Positions 1 through 11,706 of a stretch of DNA of 64,000 nt are shown one piece after another. Source of the DNA: Lingula anatina (Eukaryota; Animalia; Brachiopoda). The notes beneath the pieces were generated by a model that worked only from the letters and a program-made list of their open reading frames with translations, made no database searches and was not told the DNA's origin. The position numbers and the translations under genes were made by a program. Position 1 is the stretch's first letter. Each line of letters begins with the position of its first letter. Location of the stretch: contig CM120644.1 in assembly GCA_051362555.1 (NCBI GenBank), positions 11,926,567-11,990,566 on the forward strand, given 5' to 3'.

Positions 1-294
1 TAACCGTCTTCATTTGTAACTAAGAACATTACATTGTTTATTATATTTTTGTATATTTGTATAATTATACATATATTGGGGGAAGGGGGGGCCGCTGCCG
101 CTGTTCGCTGGGGGAGCGAACACTCCCCCCCCTCCCCCCTCCCCCCCCCCCCCAAAAAAAAAAAAAAAACAATTAGAAGAGAATTATGACGTTTTTAAAA
201 GAAAAATCATTTTGAAAAAAATCGATTTTCAATAGTTTTACATATAAAATATCAACAGGACGTTAGCTGAGAGTGGTATAAATTGTCAAATCGC

Positions 295-380
295 TTTTAT
301 CCGGGAGATTCGGTTACCCGTACGAGGTTCGTTCTGTACCCAGAAGACTACCAGATTATCCGGGAGAGTTGACATGTATG
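295..380 (-). mobile_element. Probable terminal fragment of a DNA transposon (hAT-like end)
   Basis: Reverse strand reads CATACATGTCAACTCTCCCGGATAATC. TTATCCGGGAGA occurs twice (about 297 and 356), like subterminal repeats. The other end is not seen. Confidence 0.35.
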
Positions 381-430
381 ATGCCCTTCCATGTAGCTTA
401 TCATTGTATCGACCATTTTATCTTTTTTAG

Positions 431-514
431 GGGGCAACTGTGCCACCCAGCGACAGGGAGGTTGGTGGTGGAATGGATGTGGCGGGGCGCACATGTTTGG
501 TCCATTTAATATAG
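431..514 (+). CDS. Fibrinogen-related domain (FReD) protein, penultimate exon; 5' part of gene lies left of the window
   Basis: Acceptor tcttttttag and donor G|gtgagc; phase 1-1, 84 nt. Translates (G)GNCATQRQGGWWWNGCGGAHMFGPFNI(G), matching the NCA...GGWW.N.C motif of the fibrinogen C-terminal domain. Not in the ORF track. Confidence 0.88.
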   Translation, partial: GATVPPSDREVGGGMDVAGRTCLVHLI

Positions 515-1399
515 GTGAGCGAAGGAATGTGTATTGCGGCGGTTGAGATTCCCGTTGAACATGTGCGATTGCGTTATTTATATAGTGATTGTGGTAGTTG
601 AGATTCTAAACGGAGACTGTGATGGCTGCAATGTGCATTTTTTAAAAACTTTTGTGTTACTCGTATCCATTGCATCTACCCGTCTGACCTGTTTAAGAAT
701 AATGTGGCAGACAGCGTACCAGTTCATTTGTAGAATGAGGCAGATTGAATATCCTTAAATATGCTGAACAAGTAAATCTACATGATCAGGTGCCATGCTG
801 TGGTGATATACTGTATGAAAAAAACTACAGGATATGAGAATGGTGTTTTGATTTTTCTCCTAGCCTTTGTTTCATATTTTATTGATTAATTCAGAGGCAG
901 TGTCAATATAAATAGTTCACTGCATTTACTAGATTTATTAAACGGATAACAACTCCTCATATGAAATTCAGAATTCTACATTAAATGCAGTGTAAACAAC
1001 ACTTAGAAATACGGCGGTTATCGCAATCATTCTGAAATCTGAGCTCGCCATCGGACCACGTGGACCTTCATAGATGGCTCCCCTACCTTCTGTAAAGATA
1101 TCAAAAGACATTATTACAGAAACATACCTTTTTCAAATTAAAAAAAAAACACATCTACTAACTTTAATTGTAAAAACGGAATCTTTAACCATTGTGAAAT
1201 TGTCTTTTACCCCGAAAAATCCGTTTAATGGCGCTTTTCCTGCCAAATTGAAGAGTTGTTATCCATTCAAATGACAGCTGTCTATTATATTTTCATATCC
1301 AACTCGTCTTTTATAATGATAATACAAAAACATTGCGTTTAATTCACTTTTAAGTATCTTTGATTTGCACGTTATTATCTTTGAAATATTTGCCTCCAG

Positions 1400-1500
1400 G
1401 TGTTGATGCCGTAGATGGAAACTTCTATTGGAGAGGTTTCTATGGCAACAATTACGTGGGACTGCAGGCCGGTACCATGAAAATAAGAAGAGATGTGTAA
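1400..1500 (+). CDS. Fibrinogen-related domain protein, terminal coding exon
   Basis: Acceptor ttgcctccag, phase 1, continuing 431-514. Translates (G)VDAVDGNFYWRGFYGNNYVGLQAGTMKIRRDV*, with the FReD C-terminal W..(W/F).G and MKIR motifs. AATAAA at 1807-1812. Confidence 0.88.
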
Positions 1501-1916
1501 TGACGTCACTTCCTGCCGGTGAAATTAGTCGGCTCAAGACAATTACTTATGACTTGACATTCAAACATTCAAGGCAGTGTTCAAATGATTGATTTTGACT
1601 ACTTGTGATCTTGTGTCCCCGTCCTGAAGCCGTTGATTTTGCAATTATATTATTTAAATCATGTTTTTTATATAAACTTAAATGTCAATTTTACCCCAAT
1701 TTCACCAAAATCCTCTCACTCCAAAGATGGTCTAAACATTCGAACTTTTACTATTACTTGGTCTACACCAGTTTAAGATTAAGCCATACCAGACCTACTC
1801 CACTGAAATAAAGTCCCTGTTGCTCTAAAACATTGGCTGATTTCATTAAATAACACTAGACCATTTCTGTTTTATCTTGGGTCAAAGTACCCGTAGACTA
1901 AGGCCCCATTCTCTTA

Positions 1917-2132
1917 GACTGCATTCCCACAGATTTAGATCGATCCATCTGGATCAACCTAACTCCCTGGGGGTTCACGCTAAATTGCTGTCAGCCGAGC
2001 GCGCACTATAGTTAATTACCCCCTTACAGCTTCTAGTAGGCGGGACAGATATTTAAGCCGGTTAAGCTGACACCAATCTAGTGAGACTCCCCACAGGGAT
2101 AGGTCGATCTAAAAATCTGTGGGAATGCAGTC
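1917..2132. mobile_element. MITE family A (PIF/Harbinger-like), nested in an older related element (about 1902-2325)
   Basis: Perfect TIR GACTGCATTCCCACAGATTT / AAATCTGTGGGAATGCAGTC, flanked by TTA on both sides. Internal sequence is shared with the other family A copies. Confidence 0.85.
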
Positions 2133-2523
2133 TTAGACGACATCGGCTACGTGGATCGACCTAACTCTACGGGGACTCTCGCTGAGTGCAATGAGCTTAA
2201 CTGACTGACACTCTTTCTCCAGGCGAAGAATACAGAAAAACGGGCGATTGTACGAGTAGGTTAGAAACAAGAGTTGGGTCAATCTATATACGTAGACTAA
2301 TGGTGTCTTGGATGGAATCCAAAATTATGCTCTGAAATCCACACAATTACATGTATAGCTGTATTTCACTTTATGAAAATATCATTGCTAATCACGACGA
2401 TTCAAACTTCAGCGTTGTACTTGAAGAAGCTTTGTGTTGATTACCCAGTGTTGTCAGTGTTATCTGTAATTTAACGAAGAATAAAATAACTGAAGTTGCT
2501 ACCATCTCCTTACCCTTCTAGTA

Positions 2524-2759
2524 GGGGAGACCGGGGCTAGTTGGACCCCGGGGTAAGATGGCCCCCATCAAGTCTATTTAATAAAGTTACTTTAAGATGC
2601 TAAATTATTTCATTTTGACTCACAGCCGACGCCTTCTTAGCACTATTGGATACGGTCACTTTACAAAATGATGTGACCAATTTTTTTACCCCATAGTTAC
2701 TTTGTCATAAATTGATGGGGGTCATCTTACCCCGGGGTCCAACTAGCCCCGGTCTCCCC
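2524..2759. mobile_element. MITE with near-perfect TIRs of about 48 bp and TA flanks (Tc1/mariner-type target)
   Basis: GGGGAGACCGGGGCTAGTTGGACCCCGGGGTAAGATGGCCCCCATCAA and its reverse complement (1 mismatch) at the other end; TA on both sides. Confidence 0.85.
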
Positions 2760-4120
2760 TATATCCGACCGCAGCACATGTTGATATGGTAATTGAAATC
2801 ACCATTTATGAACATCATATTGATAAACGTTCTCCATGCACGGCATGGTATGTGTAACAACATTAATGCTGCATTGTTCAATAATAGATCTAATAAAAGC
2901 TTTTACGTCTGAATTAATGGACTTGTGGGGAATTCTCATTGATACTGTGTTGTTTAAAGGGGAGTGGTGCGATATACAGACCTATATTTGGCAGAACAGC
3001 ATTTGAATTTTCCCCCTGATTTCTCTGTGTAAAATATTCATCTAATCCCGGGAATATGTGTCATATAAATGAACACTTTAGACCAATAACTCCCTTGTCT
3101 GTTGTTGTATTCACCATCCAACTCGCTTCTGCACTTAAGGTGGTCAAGCGTTCATCGTCAATTTTGCTGCTTTATAAATAAGCGTGAGACGCTGTGATCG
3201 GTTTCCGATGTAACTCTGTATCCAATTAAGCTTTTATCATAGAAATTGGCATGATGTGAACTACGGTGTGAGCTACAAACGTTCACTAGCGTTTGATTTT
3301 ATATTTTTCGTTTCCTTGATGTAAAAGCCCTAATCACGGTGTTTCATTTTACAAATGCATTATAATATTCCGCCTCTTTACTGATCAAATCAAACCTTTC
3401 AAGTAAATTGCCAGGCACCGGAATATTGTGATGAAATTGGCGTTGACAGCTGTTCAGTTGATGAAGACCTGTTTGAAATCGATATGACGGTTTTCATCCA
3501 AAAGCAAAAACGCTGCTGTTTCGTTATCAGCTTAACTTCGCAAATTCACCTTGATGCCCTTTTATGTGACAACATTATCTGATAACATGACAATGATTAT
3601 TTCCGTATTATTTAAGCGGATATGAAAATAGTTCCTAATGTATCGACCCCCAAGTTTAGTTTAAAGCTATATACAAGTTTGTATCATTCAAAAAAATGCC
3701 TATTAAATATTCCATTACCAAGAAACTCCTGTATCTCGTTAAACCGTTTTACCTGAGCATTTTAAGATGAACGCATTAAATTACTTGAATAAAGGACATG
3801 GATTTGCATTAAGTCTTTGATGTATTCCTTTTTTACACCTTAAGCTGAATTTCCATCTGACAAAAGGACAGAGTCTCCATCGTTCTTCAGAAACTCTGAC
3901 GCATACTCAATTTTACGAGTAGTTCGTTTTTGGTTTAGGATTGTCACCATCTAGTAAACAGACCTCTAGACATCCATTTTTCAAGGAACCTTCCCTACAT
4001 TATACATCATGTACCTTATTCAGAGAGAATAATTCCCTAGACAGTCACCCAAGATATGTAAATGCACAACACCTAAACACCCTCTGATATAGGGGCCTTC
4101 TAAATTAGTATTTAAAAAAA

Positions 4121-4180
<60 letters not shown>

Positions 4181-4231
4181 TTTTTTTGTAACAGACTACT
4201 GGCGCACCCTGTGGTCAGAGAGAGAGAGTAA

Positions 4232-4481
4232 GAGACTATTGCCAGAGCTTATCGTACTAAATTAGGATCAATCTATCTCCAAGAGGATTCTCACTAAATT
4301 GCTTTCAAGTTAAGCGGCTTAGATGTTTCGCACGCTCACTGAAGCTGTAATGGGGATAATTAACTATCGTTTAGCGGCTTCAATAGGCGTGTCAGACATC
4401 TAAGCCGCTTAAGCTAAAAGCAATTTGGAGATGGATCGATCCTATTGGATCGATCTACTCAGTAGGTATGGGAACCCAGTC
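4232..4481. mobile_element. MITE family A, diverged copy
   Basis: TAA on both sides. Contains TCTCACTAAATTGC and GATCGATC motifs. The right end GGGAACCCAGTC resembles that of the 34032-34279 copy. Confidence 0.65.
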
Positions 4482-5118
4482 TAACACTGAAAGGCCATGA
4501 ATAATTATTTCGTCTTCATATCAGACCATGTCGGCCAAAACCATTCTTAGCTGGATTGCACTACCTGCTGTGCACTGCCTTTGTAATTCCAGGGGTAAGC
4601 AGTCCTCGCAAGGATCACGAAGAGTACAGTTGCGTAGGTCTGATTGCAATCAAGCGTTTACTTCCTTGAGCTAGGATTTAATCCGTTAAAACCACCGTTA
4701 AAACCAATTTGGACGCGCTGCTCAAATTGGATGCTCCTTAGTTTGCATCAAATCTCCCTTTCCACTAGATTAACAATGTACTTGAAAGTAAAAGTGGCAC
4801 ATAAATAGCACTGGTACTGAAAGACAGATAGGCGGATAAGGTGGTGGCGTTCAGCCCCCCCCCCCCCCCCCCCCCCCCATTTTTTTTCATTCTATTGGGG
4901 TAATCACTTCATTCGTTGTTAAGGGAATATTATGGCTACAGTAAACCGACAGCTATCGAATAAGGCCAATTTCATATTACCCCCCCCCCCCCAAAAAAAA
5001 AAAAAATGCATCACAATTCCCAAGCTACCTCTCTCAGCAAGGTACCCTCTCCGAAATCTTCTAAATCTGTCGGAGTATAAATATTTTTTACTTTAGTTGT
5101 GTGATATCTTGGTTTATA

Positions 5119-5329
5119 GCTTTGTTATATCCATCTCCAATGTTTCTACCTGTCAGGCCACGAAACAATTTAAAAGAGTAATAGTGCTTGCTTTGTTATG
5201 CCCATATCCAATGTTTCTACCTGTCAGGCCACGAAACAATTTAAAAGAGTAATAGTGCTTGCTTTGTTATGCCCATATCCAATGTTTCTACCTGTCAGGC
5301 CACAAACAATTTAAAAGAGTAATAGTGCT
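5119..5329. repeat. Tandem repeat, 71-bp unit x3
   Basis: Near-identical GCTTTGTTAT...CCAATGTTTCTACCTGTCAGGCCACGAAACAATTTAAAAGAGTAATAGTGCT units start at 5119, 5190 and 5261. Confidence 0.95.
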
Positions 5330-5916
5330 ATTTAGCTCTTTGTTTGAGTGGAATCTGCCATCTCTCAGGTTGAAAGGAAATTCATTTCTCATCAGTTAAT
5401 AAGGAAAGCACGAACACAAAAGCTATGGCCGCATTCACAAACAAAGTTGATCCATGGACTTAGATCCGAGGATGAAATATAGCTGACCCAGTTGAAAGCT
5501 TACCTCGTAGTCCCCACGGGGAATCTATTCAGTGTCTATTAGGGAATTATGCGACAAGTTTTTAAGTGGGTCTGCCATATTTGATCCGCGGATCTGTTAG
5601 TCCGCGGATCAACATGTTCTGAATGCGCCCCTATGATACATGTATTCCATGGTTTCAGTGCTGGGTAAGATGTCTCGCGACCTTTCCATCGTACTTTAAG
5701 AGTATTCTCTTGGCTATCGTATTTGTGCAATTGAACAGACCTGCTGGCTCTTTTGACATAAATAGTCATTAATATTTATTACACTGCATTACATTAATGA
5801 GTATATATATTTTTATTCATTTTATCTGCGTGTACTGTCTTTGCTGCTTTGACATAACTCCGTATATTAATTCATTATAAATTAAATCAAAATGTAGCTT
5901 AATTTGCTATAATCTA

Positions 5917-5953
<37 letters not shown>

Positions 5954-6414
5954 ATAACGAAGTAATGGCTGCACATCTAAAGAAATCATTTATAAACGAG
6001 ACGCCGTACAGCTTTTCAGGAGTAAAAAATAGACCCCTCATTTCGACGTTTGGTAAATTGCACGATTTATCAAACATTTGGAAATGGAGCTGTGGAACTG
6101 ATAAGTTGCCGTCATTACACCAGTAAGAAGATAAGACTGCTTTCATTTATCTGAATCATTGTTGAATTATAGTGATATATATTAAAGTGTAACGAATTAC
6201 ACAATGTACACTGTTGCAACCGTTGAAGTCGAACGCATTGCTGTTTCCTGTGACATGCTGCACTATCAATCAAATATCTAGAAACTGAACAATGCACATT
6301 GTGTACAAAGGATAATCAAATCGGAGAAAGATACCCAGAAGGACAGGTGCCTCATTCCGACAAAATTTTATTGGGTTATGAACGCAGCTTCATGCAATCC
6401 CATTCATTCTTACC

Positions 6415-6416
<2 letters not shown>

Positions 6417-6449
<33 letters not shown>

Positions 6450-6506
6450 TGTGTGTATGTGTGTGTGCCTGTGTGTGTGTATGTGTGTGTGCATGTGTGT
6501 GTGTGT
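6417..6506. repeat. Imperfect (GT)n microsatellite
   Basis: Direct reading. It explains the spurious ORFs 6299-6547 and 6390-6596. Confidence 0.95.
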
Positions 6507-7122
6507 ACTTACAAATGGTGACTGTCTGGTACCCGAAAGTGGCGTAATTTTAAACACATAGGATACCATCAGGTTATTAAACAGAAAACGGGGCATTAGC
6601 TTCCAACTGACATGCCTTTTAGGAAACGAGTCTTGATGAAACGGGAGACAAATGTATAGAACTGATAACTGTTAAAGATACATGCGGGAGCCTGGTTAAC
6701 AAATTAATGTTATAAAGGCTGCGTGTTCTATAGTTTCCACACTCAAAACATGCGAACCTCACGTGCTTGATAACCCGGTAAATGCCCTGGAAGCCTCGTA
6801 AATTGCATGCTTATTCCTTTTAATCTAAATGCATGCCATAAAACCAATAGTTGTTGATTATTGAGATTGCTTATTGATCCTGAAGGTCCTTAACCTGTTT
6901 CAGAGTATGCCGACTAAAAAGGCACTAAAGGCTGAATAAAAAGATTGTCTTTAGTAATGGATTGTTAACAATATCAATTTCTTGATTGGGTTTTGCTAAG
7001 GTACCTCTACACCCCTCGCATCAAAGGGATCCAGGTTCGACTTTTGCTGAGTGCCCGGTGTGATACTGTGTTCTGGACATGCCATCTAGCGCGTCAGGTG
7101 GTTCCGGCGTTCAGGACACTAA

Positions 7123-7336
7123 GACCCCATTCCCAGAGATTAGATCGATCCAAACTAGATCGACCTAACTCCCTGGGGATTCATGCTAAGTAGCTGTCAG
7201 CCGAGCGGGCACGAAAGTTAATTACCCCCTTACAGCTTGTAGTAGACGGGACGGACATTTAAGCCGGATTATCTGACAGTAATCTAGTGAGACTCCCCAC
7301 GGGGATAGCTCTATCTAAATGTCTGGGAATACGCCC
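7123..7336. mobile_element. MITE family A copy
   Basis: TAA|GACCCCATTCCCAGAGATTAGATCGATC ... GGGAATACGCCC|TAA. Nearly identical to the reverse complement of 17446-17659 and 50124-50337. Confidence 0.9.
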
Positions 7337-7412
7337 TAAAACCAAAGGGACTGATTGCCCTTTCATTGCTGTGACAAAACTTAAACATGTTGCCAATCGC
7401 ACTGTGTACAAG

Positions 7413-7828
7413 ACACTGGGTATAAGTGTGGAAATCTGGGACATCGGGTACCGGAACGGGAGTCTAGGATCACAGGGCACCAGTATAGGATTCTAGAAAT
7501 ACTGGATATCAGTACTAGGGTCTATTCCCACAACTTTAGATCGATCTATCACCGCGGGGAGTCTCACTAAATTACTGTCAGATAATCCCCCTTAAGTGTC
7601 CGTCCCCGCCTACTACAAGCTGTAAGGGGTAATTAACTTTCGTGTCCGCCCGGCTGACAGCTATTTAGCGTGAACCCCCAGGGAGTTAGGTCGATCTAAA
7701 GTAGGTCGATCTAATCTATGGAAATGGGGTGCTAGTATCGGGTTCTGGGAAGACTGGATATCAGTTTGGGACTCTAGGAAAACAGGGTATCAGTATGGGA
7801 TTATATGATCACATACTTGGTATCAGTG
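7413..7828. repeat. Degenerate minisatellite of about 29 bp, interrupted by a family A MITE
   Basis: Recurring ACTGG(A/G)TATCAGT...GGGATTCTAGGAAA-like units lie on both sides of 7518-7731. Confidence 0.6.
7518..7731. mobile_element. MITE family A copy, inverted relative to 7123-7336
   Basis: CTA|GGGTCTATTCCC ... GGAAATGGGGTG|CTA. Near-identical to the reverse complement of 23688-23902. Confidence 0.9.
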
Positions 7829-8587
7829 AAGGGCCGAAGGCTGTATAGGGTCTCAAAAATATGTCTATCAGCGTAGCGTTAAATATTGCCTGATAAGAGC
7901 ATATGGTATGCTACATTCGCCTACAACAACGACAATAACGGGGCTAAAACACGTTTTTGCATTGCATCATCATTATATTGTGTTGTTTGATAAAATATAA
8001 TTTATTGCATGTTCCAGTGGCCTTTAGAACATGTCATCTTAATCATGAGATGTTGCCTTGATGAACACGAGTTACTTTCATTGTGAACATGAAAGAAAGC
8101 AATTATGAAATACGCACATGTAGTGGTGGTATTCATTTCCTGCTTACCTACGTCTTACCGACGGTTACATGCAGTCTGTTTGCCAGTCTTTTATCCTTTT
8201 TGTCTTTGTCCGTTGTTTTGACTATCTATAACCCTAACATGATTAAAACTTATTTAATCTGAAAGTGGTGCTTAAATACGAAGTTGGGAAACGCATCGCC
8301 TGTGTTTAAAGGGGCCTGTCCTTACAACCAAACAACCGTGTATGTTTGGAGTCCGCCCAAAACAGAGATCTTTTAAGAATTTTTCCCAGGTTTCAGTTAC
8401 TGTAATGTCCTTCAGTCGGGTAACTTCTTCCCTGTGAGGAAAAGGAGAGGCTCTTGGTTACGGATTGTTTCTCTAAGGTTCAGAACTGTGGCAAGTTAGA
8501 ACATCTGACCCCCCCCCCCCCCAAAAAAAAAAAAAAAAAAAAGGTGACCCCACTTCCTGTTTATATTTATGTGTTCAGACGAGGTCT

Positions 8588-8800
8588 TCCTGTTACCGAA
8601 ATCGAGCTTAAAATCTATACACCTCCCATAATTTTAACATGACAGAGTGCCCCATGATGGAGAGTCCGTTTCCCATTCATTTGTACAGGCAAGACTCGCC
8701 CTAGATTTTGACCCACTTAGGTTAGGCTTAACCTGACCATTATAACTAAATGGAGGGCGGACTTTCTGTTACGCGGGCCCTCAGTTTCGTTTCACCGGGA
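8588..8800. mobile_element. Degenerate palindromic element related to family C
   Basis: Ends CCTGTTACCGAAATCGAG / TCAGTTTCGTTTCACCGG. The internal ATTTTGACCCACTTA...CTTAACCTG recurs in reverse at about 25695-25735. Confidence 0.5.
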
Positions 8801-9591
8801 ATGTAACTCCCCAATGCAAAAAAGATCTGCGCTCTTTTCTCCGTTTGCTGTTTTTTTTAATGCGAGTCCGACTTTCGTTCGAATAAAATTCTTGTCTGAA
8901 CGTGTCACCACTGGTCGTCTGAAGACAGACGTGTGTGTTTTTTAGTTCAAAACACCATATTTGAGAAAAAAATCTTTATTCCATTAGAAGAGCAGACATT
9001 AGTTTGATGATAAACACGATGGACATTGAGGTAAAATATCATATACAATCAGTGTCGTAGCTTGGTGCACAAAAAGAAGATTACGCAACAAACTGTGCAT
9101 TGTGTGGTGAATGAATGAATGAATAAAATCAGCCGTGAAAGTACTGACACCATAAATAACATGACATTTTGAAAAGCAGAGTCTTGAGGGAAAAATTAAA
9201 AAACACCCTGAATAAACACAATCGCACTCAAAGAAAATAGTAATGAACGTCTATGTAAATGCCAAAGATATAAATTGGAAACACCCTCTCTTTGAATTCT
9301 ACTTTACTATTGCAATCTTTAATGTTAGCATCTTTCCCTGTAAATGCATTGTACCCTATCTACATATAGTAAAATTCTTCGGGATATCCGGTCGTCTAAA
9401 TTATTATATTCTTGTGTTCCTATTTTCATGTACCCGAATTATACTGATACTATAACCCCAAGGGACAATCCAGAATTCCCCAGTATAACCCACACGTCAA
9501 AGAATGAGCAAAATGTATACTTCAATGTCTTGAAAAAATTCCATGGTATCGTGGCGGTATCGTGCAGTCTGGATCCATCTCCTTGGACAAA

Positions 9592-9893
9592 GGGAGCATT
9601 CACATCGAGAAGAGCCGAGGTCTAGTAAGGCCGCCACCTAAATATGGCGGACCTACATGAAAGGAAGACCGCTAATCCTGTTAATCCTCACCACGCGTCG
9701 TCCCTGCAGGAGCACAGTAATTAAATCTCAGCTCAATTCAACCGGTCAAGGGACAACGCGTGGGGGGTTGGGGAGGGGGGCGTGTTAGAGGCGGAGAGAC
9801 CATTAAAGATTAACGGTCTTCCTTTCATGTAGGTCCGCCATATTTAGGTCGCGGCCTTACTAGACCTCGGCTCTTCTCAATGTGAATGCTCCC
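9592..9893. mobile_element. Foldback MITE with TIRs of about 90 bp
   Basis: GGGAGCATTCACAT...GAAGAGCCGAGGTCTAGTAAGGCCGCCACCTAAATATGGCGGACCTACATGAAAGGAAGACCG is mirrored at about 9813-9893. AAA on both sides suggests a 3-bp TSD (Harbinger-like). Confidence 0.85.
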
Positions 9894-10587
9894 AAAGACA
9901 CTGGCTCATTCCGCTATCTTAATTGTACGGGATTGTCGAAACAAAATAAATAAACTTGTTTAAAATGAAATAAAACTTAGCTCATCAACTGATGTAAAAT
10001 AAGCCGAAGTTTATATACAAAGATAGTATATAAGTACAACATATGGAGAGAGGACATAGCCGAATATCCACTACCTCATGGCAGGCTGGCTGCATTACAG
10101 TATATCCGTGCGTTTCCTCTTTGCTAAGGCTTTGGTTGTACAATTGACATGTTTGCTTCGCCCGCATTTTGCATCATTGTGTGTGCGAAATATCTATCTA
10201 TCTGTATCAAACTGTCTATCGTCTTACAGCTCTTTTTATTTCTATAAAAATGTTGGCTTTGTCTGAGGCCAATCAGCTTTCTATTATTTTGCAGTCTTCA
10301 GATTTTTATCGACCGAGGTTTGAATCGGTTCTAAAGCTTTCGAAGAAATGTCTTGCTCTTAGGTAGGTAGATTACTTAAGCTCATTCAAGCGTGTTTTTA
10401 TTTAGCATTTCAAAGTATACTGTGCTCTTTTCTGTTGTTTCTTTCCTCTTTCAAAACTACCTTAAATGCCCACTCGTAGGCGTTTCTTCCTATATGTGCA
10501 AACGGTTAAATACTCAATTTCAAAAGTTGTAGAATGAACGATCATGCAGATAACAGTCTTCACTACCGAATTCTATTGTCCAGTGAC

Positions 10588-11706
10588 TTAACACAGAGAC
10601 CGGGCACTCTCGCCACATCCACTTCTTACGGGAATTCTTTCCGTCTGTTCTTTAGACGCTATAAAACCCATGCACTCTTGCAAATTTATAGCACTGTCAA
10701 TGCTTACTTTAGTCTTGGTGCTGGACATCTTCCTCGATCGTCGTCTGTTTTTCCTAGTCTTGCACGTGTTAGAAATAGTCAAACGAAACGATTTTCGAAA
10801 CTCTTTTGAGGCGAAGTTGTAAATGATGGGATTTAGACACGAGTTCGAGTACGCTAGAAATAAAGCACTTATATTAAGAATGCCCATGACCTTTTGGTCC
10901 CCGCCACCGCCGCATGATATATAGACGAACAGGAAATTGAAAGGCCCCCAACAGACGACAAAAACTCCCGCCACTGCAATAGCAAGTGCTGTCACCTTGC
11001 GACTATATCCATGAACCAGCAAAAGTTGTTCCTCCGTCGAAAACTTACACTTCTTGACTTCTATTACGATTACGACTGTCGCTATGACAACAATTGCCAC
11101 CGGAAGTAGAAAGTCGACTCCAACCATCAAACTTAACAGAAGCACGAATTCCAATTCAGTGGCAACCTCGATGCTGCAGCCGATGCGTTCATTGTAATAC
11201 ACGGCAACCGGGGAGTTGACGGCCAGTATGGTTACCCAAATCACCACGGTGGTTGACAAAGAATGGCGCGTGGTAAGGAACTGAGACGCCCGAATCGGTG
11301 ACACAACAGCACGGCAACGGAAAACGCATATTGCCGCCAGCGAGTATGCACCAACAGTCGTGCACACGAACGTGGTGTATTTCAGCATTTTGCAAGCAAG
11401 GTTACCAAGTTCCAACTCGTACTTCGTAATGACGTAAGCCGCTTCGAGCGGGATGCAAAACACAAGGAACAAAAGGTCCGACACGGCTAAGTTCAAAAAC
11501 AACATATTTGCGCATGTTCGCATGTACTTGTTGGCCAAAATAACATAGATCACCATGGCGTTTCCAGCGACACCTATGAGCAAAACGAAGGCATATAAAA
11601 CTGGAATTAAGATGGAATTCGTCTCAGCCAGAACGAGAAAAAACGCGGGGGCGGTTCTGTTCAGCGCGGTCGTTTCGTCTGAAGTGCTGTTTCCATCGTC
11701 ATCCAT
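10588..11706 (-). CDS. Rhodopsin-class neuropeptide-type GPCR, allatostatin-A/galanin receptor-like, 372 aa, intronless CDS
   Basis: Seven hydrophobic segments with GN (TM1), LAVSD (TM2), Cys at the start of TM3 and in ECL2, CWGP (TM6), NSCLNPIIYNF (TM7) and helix 8 SKEFRKSF. N-terminal N-glycosylation sequons NST and NRT. The family call rests on motif resemblance only. Confidence 0.93.
   Translation of the reverse strand: MDDDGNSTSDETTALNRTAPAFFLVLAETNSILIPVLYAFVLLIGVAGNAMVIYVILANKYMRTCANMLFLNLAVSDLLFLVFCIPLEAAYVITKYELELGNLACKMLKYTTFVCTTVGAYSLAAICVFRCRAVVSPIRASQFLTTRHSLSTTVVIWVTILAVNSPVAVYYNERIGCSIEVATELEFVLLLSLMVGVDFLLPVAIVVIATVVIVIEVKKCKFSTEEQLLLVHGYSRKVTALAIAVAGVFVVCWGPFNFLFVYISCGGGGDQKVMGILNISALFLAYSNSCLNPIIYNFASKEFRKSFRLTISNTCKTRKNRRRSRKMSSTKTKVSIDSAINLQECMGFIASKEQTERIPVRSGCGESARSLC

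Noticed and set aside
1501-1515. ETS-CRE composite TGACGTCACTTCCTG as a promoter
   Set aside because: It lies immediately after the FReD stop codon, with no adjacent gene start to support a promoter role.
5119-5329. CRISPR-like array (also considered for 45003-45095)
   Set aside because: The units are contiguous tandem copies with no unique spacers, there are no cas genes, and the context is eukaryotic.
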